A DNA stretch of 64,000 nucleotides from Escherichia phage KEP2: sequence record PP047752. One strand, 5' to 3'. Below are positions 59,723-64,000 of this stretch, piece by piece. The translations under genes were made by a program, and so were the position numbers. Every line of letters starts with the position of its first letter. Position 1 is the first letter of the stretch. Below the pieces are notes generated by a model. It was not told the DNA's origin and did not search any database. It saw only the letters and a program-made list of their open reading frames with translations.

Positions 59723-60140
59723 AAGCTCTCCGAATAACCCTATTAAGCATCTCTAAAGTCAGCTTTCCAGATTCTAAATGTGGCATAACGAGCTTTAAAG
59801 CTTCTTCAACATCATGCACAACATCTATTATACCTTCTTCATAGGCTTCTACAAGGATATCTTTTACGTTTTGTTGGTTAACTTTTTGCGGTATCACTAG
59901 ACGCATATCAAACTCATTTGCTTGAGGATGACTCTTACCACGCCAGAAACCGTCCTTATCAAAGCTTATAAAGTTATCCTCATTAAAATCAATACCACAG
60001 ACCTCAAATTTGTCTAGTACTATGCAGTTGAGAGGGTAAGCATTACTCGCATCATTCATTCCAAGAAATTTAACAGTAGATATATATCTCTGTGTCTTTG
60101 CATCTACAATGTCAAGCTCTTTACCTATAAGCTCTTTCAT
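59712..60140 (-). CDS. hypothetical protein
   Basis: 142-aa ORF. Confidence 0.3.
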   Translation of the reverse strand: MKELIGKELDIVDAKTQRYISTVKFLGMNDASNAYPLNCIVLDKFEVCGIDFNEDNFISFDKDGFWRGKSHPQANEFDMRLVIPQKVNQQNVKDILVEAYEEGIIDVVHDVEEALKLVMPHLESGKLTLEMLNRVIRRAYEN

Positions 60141-60193
60141 TTCGCTACCTTCTAAGTTCCTACAAAGGGGCTATCAAGTAACCCCTCAAGTTA

Positions 60194-60418
60194 CTACTCA
60201 GACTTTTCAGTCTTCTTATCGGATTTCTTACTAGTCTTCTTCTCAGCTTTCTGCTCAGGTTCCTTCTCAGAAGTTTCCTTGATAACCATATCAAGAAGCT
60301 CTGATAGGTCACTCTTCAGCAGAGTAACAGGCTGCTCATTGTAGAAGTTTTTGTCAAGATAAACTTTGAACTCTTCAATAGAAGGAAATCCAAAAATTGG
60401 TACAGGTGTCTTAATCAT
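60194..60418 (-). CDS. small protein with lysine-rich C-terminus
   Basis: C-terminal KAEKKTSKKSDKKTEKSE. Confidence 0.3.
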   Translation of the reverse strand: MIKTPVPIFGFPSIEEFKVYLDKNFYNEQPVTLLKSDLSELLDMVIKETSEKEPEQKAEKKTSKKSDKKTEKSE

Positions 60419-60494
60419 TACTTAGTTTCTCCATAGGCATCTTTTAAGATTGCCTTGTTAATCATTTCAGCGATTGCAAAACGAACACATACAG

Positions 60495-61028
60495 CTATAA
60501 TTGTAGGTTGCATTCTTTACTTACCTCTTCAAGTTTAACCTCAGAGTCCTTAAGTCGTTTCTTATGAACTCTGAATCTCATTAGTGCAATGATGATACCA
60601 ACTAAAGGAACAGCATACAAGTACCAAACTTCATATACCTTTGCAGTAATCTGCGTAATGGTCAAGTCTTGAGCTATGTAACTGATTGCTGATACTGCCA
60701 GTAATGTTGCTAAGAAAAATGCCAGTAACATTACTGTACTTAAACAACCTCTGGCATGGTGTTCATGCTTAATGCACTTATTCTTTTCGTCAACAACCCT
60801 ATTGTAGTCGTTTGTAAAGTCTCTGTAGAAAGCTTTCAAGTATTCTTGACTGTAGCCTTCAAAGCAACCTGTACCGTACCAATAATCACCACCAAAATGT
60901 GCTATGATACCAGTATCTCCGTTTGGTTTAGTTACTCTCAAAGATGTGTGATGACGAGTATCTTGATAGTCTATTTTGTATCTTTCTTCGTAAATCATTT
61001 TCCAATCCCTCTCAATCGTTTGTTCCAC
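60495..61028 (-). CDS. membrane protein
   Basis: Two C-terminal hydrophobic helices (LSTVMLLAFFLATLLAV; VPLVGIIIALM). Confidence 0.35.
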   Translation of the reverse strand: MEQTIERDWKMIYEERYKIDYQDTRHHTSLRVTKPNGDTGIIAHFGGDYWYGTGCFEGYSQEYLKAFYRDFTNDYNRVVDEKNKCIKHEHHARGCLSTVMLLAFFLATLLAVSAISYIAQDLTITQITAKVYEVWYLYAVPLVGIIIALMRFRVHKKRLKDSEVKLEEVSKECNLQL

Positions 61029-61213
61029 TCAAGGTCAACAAGTCTTTGTAGGACTTTCCCTCTAGGTGTTACACCTTTTAAATCTGCATCATAACAATGG
61101 TAAAAGTCACCTTCAGCGTGTTTACCATAGCATTTTCTGATGTTCTGACTCCTACGATACTGCTCTAATAGGGATAGTCTGTAGTAATCTTCAACTGTAG
61201 TTAGTTTTTTCAT
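60995..61213 (-). CDS. hypothetical protein
   Basis: 72-aa ORF. Confidence 0.3.
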   Translation of the reverse strand: MKKLTTVEDYYRLSLLEQYRRSQNIRKCYGKHAEGDFYHCYDADLKGVTPRGKVLQRLVDLEWNKRLRGIGK

Positions 61214-61241
61214 TCTTTCACCACGTATCTTCTCAAGAAAC

Positions 61242-61300
61242 TAAAAAGGGAACTACCTCTCGATAGCTCCCATCATAGTTAATACTGTATATTCGGTCAA
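61242..61300 (-). promoter_or_regulatory. - strand promoter TTGACC-17-TATGAT immediately followed by stem-loop
   Basis: Reverse complement: TTGACC (61295-61300), TATGAT (61272-61277), then GGGAGCUAucgagagguAGUUCCC + U-run (61242-61270). Confidence 0.45.
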
Positions 61301-61878
61301 GAGTATTTTTTAGGCAGTAATGCACTGCGCTTGTTGCTCTCTTCACTCAATAGTGCGATAAATTCATCGCCTTTCCCTTTCCACGGACTGAATGTAGGGA
61401 TGTGCTCTCTGATAGCCTCAATCACTGTTTTCAGGGCATTGTTCTTTAACCACCAATCAGATACTGCTGAAGCTACAATGTAGTAAGCACCATCATCTGT
61501 GAAGATTGGCTCAGAGATACATGGTGAAATCATAGTAGTAATGATAGAACCATTATTCATGTAGTATGTTCTTTTTTCAACCTTGTCAAGCAGTTTATGA
61601 AGGTCTGCAAAGAGACTTACCACCTCTTTATGGTCAATATCTTTTTCAAGATTTGCCCTGTATTTCAATAGTGCAGCATCAACCTCTTTATCATTGAATT
61701 TGAAGTATTGAACTTCTTCATTCACACATACACTAATGTTGTTGGTGTTTATCGTCAATTTGCACAGTTTGACTGGAGAGTTGATGTTGGTCTGGAAAAG
61801 TGCTACACAGCCTTCTACATTCCCGAAATGTTTAACTAATGTAACTTCTGGTTGAATGTGCTCATGCTCTTCTGACAT
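61297..61878 (-). CDS. hypothetical protein
   Basis: 193-aa ORF. Confidence 0.3.
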   Translation of the reverse strand: MSEEHEHIQPEVTLVKHFGNVEGCVALFQTNINSPVKLCKLTINTNNISVCVNEEVQYFKFNDKEVDAALLKYRANLEKDIDHKEVVSLFADLHKLLDKVEKRTYYMNNGSIITTMISPCISEPIFTDDGAYYIVASAVSDWWLKNNALKTVIEAIREHIPTFSPWKGKGDEFIALLSEESNKRSALLPKKYS

Positions 61879-62222
61879 TATAGTTTCCTCATTAAATACT
61901 TTTTAAGTTGTGTGTTAGGTTTCTCAAAAACTTCTATAGAAGATATCTTGACAGATTCACCACGCATACCAGTATGTTTGAAGATATAATACTCCAACAT
62001 ACCTATGTATTTTGCTGGTAAGTCGTACTTGACGTACACTGTTACAGAATCTTCAAATTCAACAACCTTTGTACCATCTTTGTAGTTAAACTCTTTAGGA
62101 TGGTTGTAATTGTCGATGTCGTACATTAAAAAGAGTCTTTTCCGTTGCATGTCAAGCTTATTGGTTAAAGACTCTTTGATATCTGAGAAGTTTTTATAGA
62201 CTATGACATGGAGCTTACTCAT
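61878..62222 (-). CDS. hypothetical protein
   Basis: 114-aa ORF. Confidence 0.3.
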   Translation of the reverse strand: MSKLHVIVYKNFSDIKESLTNKLDMQRKRLFLMYDIDNYNHPKEFNYKDGTKVVEFEDSVTVYVKYDLPAKYIGMLEYYIFKHTGMRGESVKISSIEVFEKPNTQLKKYLMRKL

Positions 62223-62508
62223 CGTTAAACTCTCTGACGAAGAAATAGTTGACTTTGTTATTACCTACCATAAGGTCAAAGCAGGTGTTCTCAAAAGGTT
62301 TGTTGTAGGCATCATATGAAGTGTACGTATCAGCTACTTGTTTAGTATTGAGCTTTTTACTTGATGGATTTAAGAGGCCACCATACAGTTTCTTGATAGC
62401 CTCTTCTACAACAGACCAGATGATTTCGTCAGTAATTTCTTCGTACAGGTCAAGTTCACGCTCTAGTGAGAAGTCACAAATAGGGAAAATAACCTGTACT
62501 TTACTCAT
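62215..62508 (-). CDS. hypothetical protein
   Basis: 97-aa ORF. Confidence 0.3.
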   Translation of the reverse strand: MSKVQVIFPICDFSLERELDLYEEITDEIIWSVVEEAIKKLYGGLLNPSSKKLNTKQVADTYTSYDAYNKPFENTCFDLMVGNNKVNYFFVREFNDE

Positions 62509-62903
62509 TAACGAATGACCTGTGTTACCTGAATAGCTTCAGTTACTGACAAATCACCAACCGTCTCTTCTTTGACGAAGGTGAAGGTCAGTTCAATAGG
62601 CTCCTGCTCTTCTTGCTCAACCGGAATACCGTTAAGCTCATCAAAGATTGATTGAGTAGTCCAGTCTTCTCCACCATCTGGGTAGTGGATGGCATAAAGT
62701 GGAAACTCTAAATTATACCAAGCAAAAACAGGACAACCATCTGCATCATCTCGACATCTGTGGAGATATGTGTTTGTACCTCCAAAATGCAAATGGAGAT
62801 TACCATTCTTCTCAAAGAGAAGAGCATCTTTCAGGTCTAGTTCCTCATTTTCGCTGTAACGGCTGACATCAACTTTAACGTGGATATGACTGTTATTATT
62901 CAT
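62508..62903 (-). CDS. hypothetical protein
   Basis: 131-aa ORF. Confidence 0.3.
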   Translation of the reverse strand: MNNNSHIHVKVDVSRYSENEELDLKDALLFEKNGNLHLHFGGTNTYLHRCRDDADGCPVFAWYNLEFPLYAIHYPDGGEDWTTQSIFDELNGIPVEQEEQEPIELTFTFVKEETVGDLSVTEAIQVTQVIR

Positions 62904-63294
62904 AAAAACCTCTCTCTGCTTGTTCGATTTTTTCTCTTAAAATTTCGCAATGTTGTAAATGGTAGTTAGCTTCTTGTTCATGTGTTGCTAACTGCCTTTC
63001 CAGAACAGTTTTATAGTAACCTGCAAGTTGCTCTTTTGTCAATGGGTGCTCTGAAATAATATCAAGCCCACTTTCACCAAGAGGGTTGAATTGTCCATGT
63101 TCATTGACATTATAAGTCTCAAACTTGAACAGGCCATTGTTCACAGACTCAATAGGTGACAGTTCAACAAGTTCTACAGTAAACCGTGTATACACCTTGT
63201 CACCTCTTGAAACCACATTGTTTCCGACAATGCGTACAAGCGAACCATTACGGGTGTACTTAAAAGTCCCAAAGTCACTAGCCCAAAGTTTCAT
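62896..63294 (-). CDS. hypothetical protein
   Basis: 132-aa ORF. Confidence 0.3.
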   Translation of the reverse strand: MKLWASDFGTFKYTRNGSLVRIVGNNVVSRGDKVYTRFTVELVELSPIESVNNGLFKFETYNVNEHGQFNPLGESGLDIISEHPLTKEQLAGYYKTVLERQLATHEQEANYHLQHCEILREKIEQAERGFYE

Positions 63295-63309
63295 AGTTTT
63301 CTCCTTAGA

Positions 63310-63336
63310 AAATAAAAAAGGCTCCCGAAGGAGCCT
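63310..63336 (-). terminator. intrinsic terminator after endolysin gene
   Basis: On - strand: GGCUCC-uucg-GGAGCC followed by UUUUUUAUUUU. Confidence 0.55.
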
Positions 63337-63345
63337 ATGAAGATA

Positions 63346-63810
63346 TTACTTTGGGTATACACTGTCAAGATAAATGTCAGCTTCCATTCTACGTCTGTTT
63401 TTCAGACCGTTTGAAGTGACCTTCTTGCCTTTGACTGTAACCTTGTTCCACCACTGCATAGCTTCTGCACAACCTACCTTATTACCAGCATTATGGCGCT
63501 TGATAAATGTAGAATCCTGCATAGCTGTGATACCGATGTTGTATGTTTCACTTACAAGTGCATCGAACTCATTCTGAGAAGTTGGAGCCTTGATAGCTTT
63601 ATTCACCGCTGCAACGAACTTTTCAACATCTGCGAGAAGATACTGTTCAGCTTGCTCAGCAGTAATTTTCATACCCATCTTAACAGGTTTTCCGTCAATA
63701 CGGATTGTACCATACCCGATTGTTGGGATTCCGGCAGAGTCTTCGTAAGCCTCTAACTTCAGACCTTCAAAGAACTTAATAGCTTCTAAACCTTTTCTTG
63801 AGAGTTGCAT
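63346..63810 (-). CDS. endolysin, GH24 lysozyme (T4 e-like muramidase)
   Basis: N-terminal EGLKLEAYEDSAGIPTIGYG matches catalytic Glu/Asp region of T4-type lysozymes. Confidence 0.8.
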   Translation of the reverse strand: MQLSRKGLEAIKFFEGLKLEAYEDSAGIPTIGYGTIRIDGKPVKMGMKITAEQAEQYLLADVEKFVAAVNKAIKAPTSQNEFDALVSETYNIGITAMQDSTFIKRHNAGNKVGCAEAMQWWNKVTVKGKKVTSNGLKNRRRMEADIYLDSVYPK

Positions 63811-64000
63811 TATGCCTCCCCTGTTGGGTTAACTGTAACTGTTGCTGCATTAGAAGTAACAGAACCCCCAGCACCAGTAACTACACAAGTGTAGCTTCCT
63901 GCATCAGCAGCAGTTGCACCTTCTTTGGTGTAAGTTGCAGCAGTTGCGTCTGGGATGACTTCCTCACCTTTCTTCCACTGATAACCTGTTGCACCAGTTG
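63810..64000 (-). CDS. partial gene (C-terminal end) encoding Ig-like domain protein
   Basis: Open frame to window edge; translation ...DAGSYTCVVTGAGGSVTSNAATVTVNPTGEA* resembles bacterial Ig-like fold; stop overlaps endolysin start by 1 nt. Confidence 0.4.
   Translation of the reverse strand, partial: TGATGYQWKKGEEVIPDATAATYTKEGATAADAGSYTCVVTGAGGSVTSNAATVTVNPTGEA

Overview
The window is a segment of a virulent tailed-phage genome, AT-rich by eye. The gene set (thymidylate synthase, DHFR, ATP-dependent ligase, family-A DNA polymerase, T7-type primase-helicase, NrdA/NrdB/NrdD/NrdG, Prs-like plus NadV-like pair, rIIA/rIIB-like, GH24 lysozyme, HxH-repeat tail fibres, HNH and GIY-YIG genes) most resembles Felix-O1-like myoviruses of enterobacteria; this is inference from memory, not a search. 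Layout: 1-10.2 kb (+) baseplate and tail-fibre module; 10.2-20.0 kb (-) thyA, DHFR, ligase, DNA polymerase and small paralogous genes; 20.2-50.5 kb (+) replication and nucleotide metabolism, NAD-related pair, rII-like genes, spanin-like pair, macro-domain protein; 50.5-57.0 kb (+) an array of about 14 small ORFs, nearly every one headed by a conserved ~85-bp promoter/stem-loop/leader cassette; 57.0-58.7 kb a repeat-dense non-coding region between convergent transcription units; 58.7-64.0 kb (-) small early-type genes, endolysin and a partial Ig-like-domain gene. The strongest candidates for an undescribed or recently described system are the small-gene cassette array, the Prs-like/NadV-like pair with a nearby macro-domain protein (NAD+/ADP-ribose counter-defence), and the 1.6-kb iteron/AT-rich region. 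No tRNA, rRNA or CRISPR was recognised. Several ORF-track starts use TTG/GTG and were re-called to the first good ATG with a Shine-Dalgarno sequence. All functional calls rest on motif recognition by eye.
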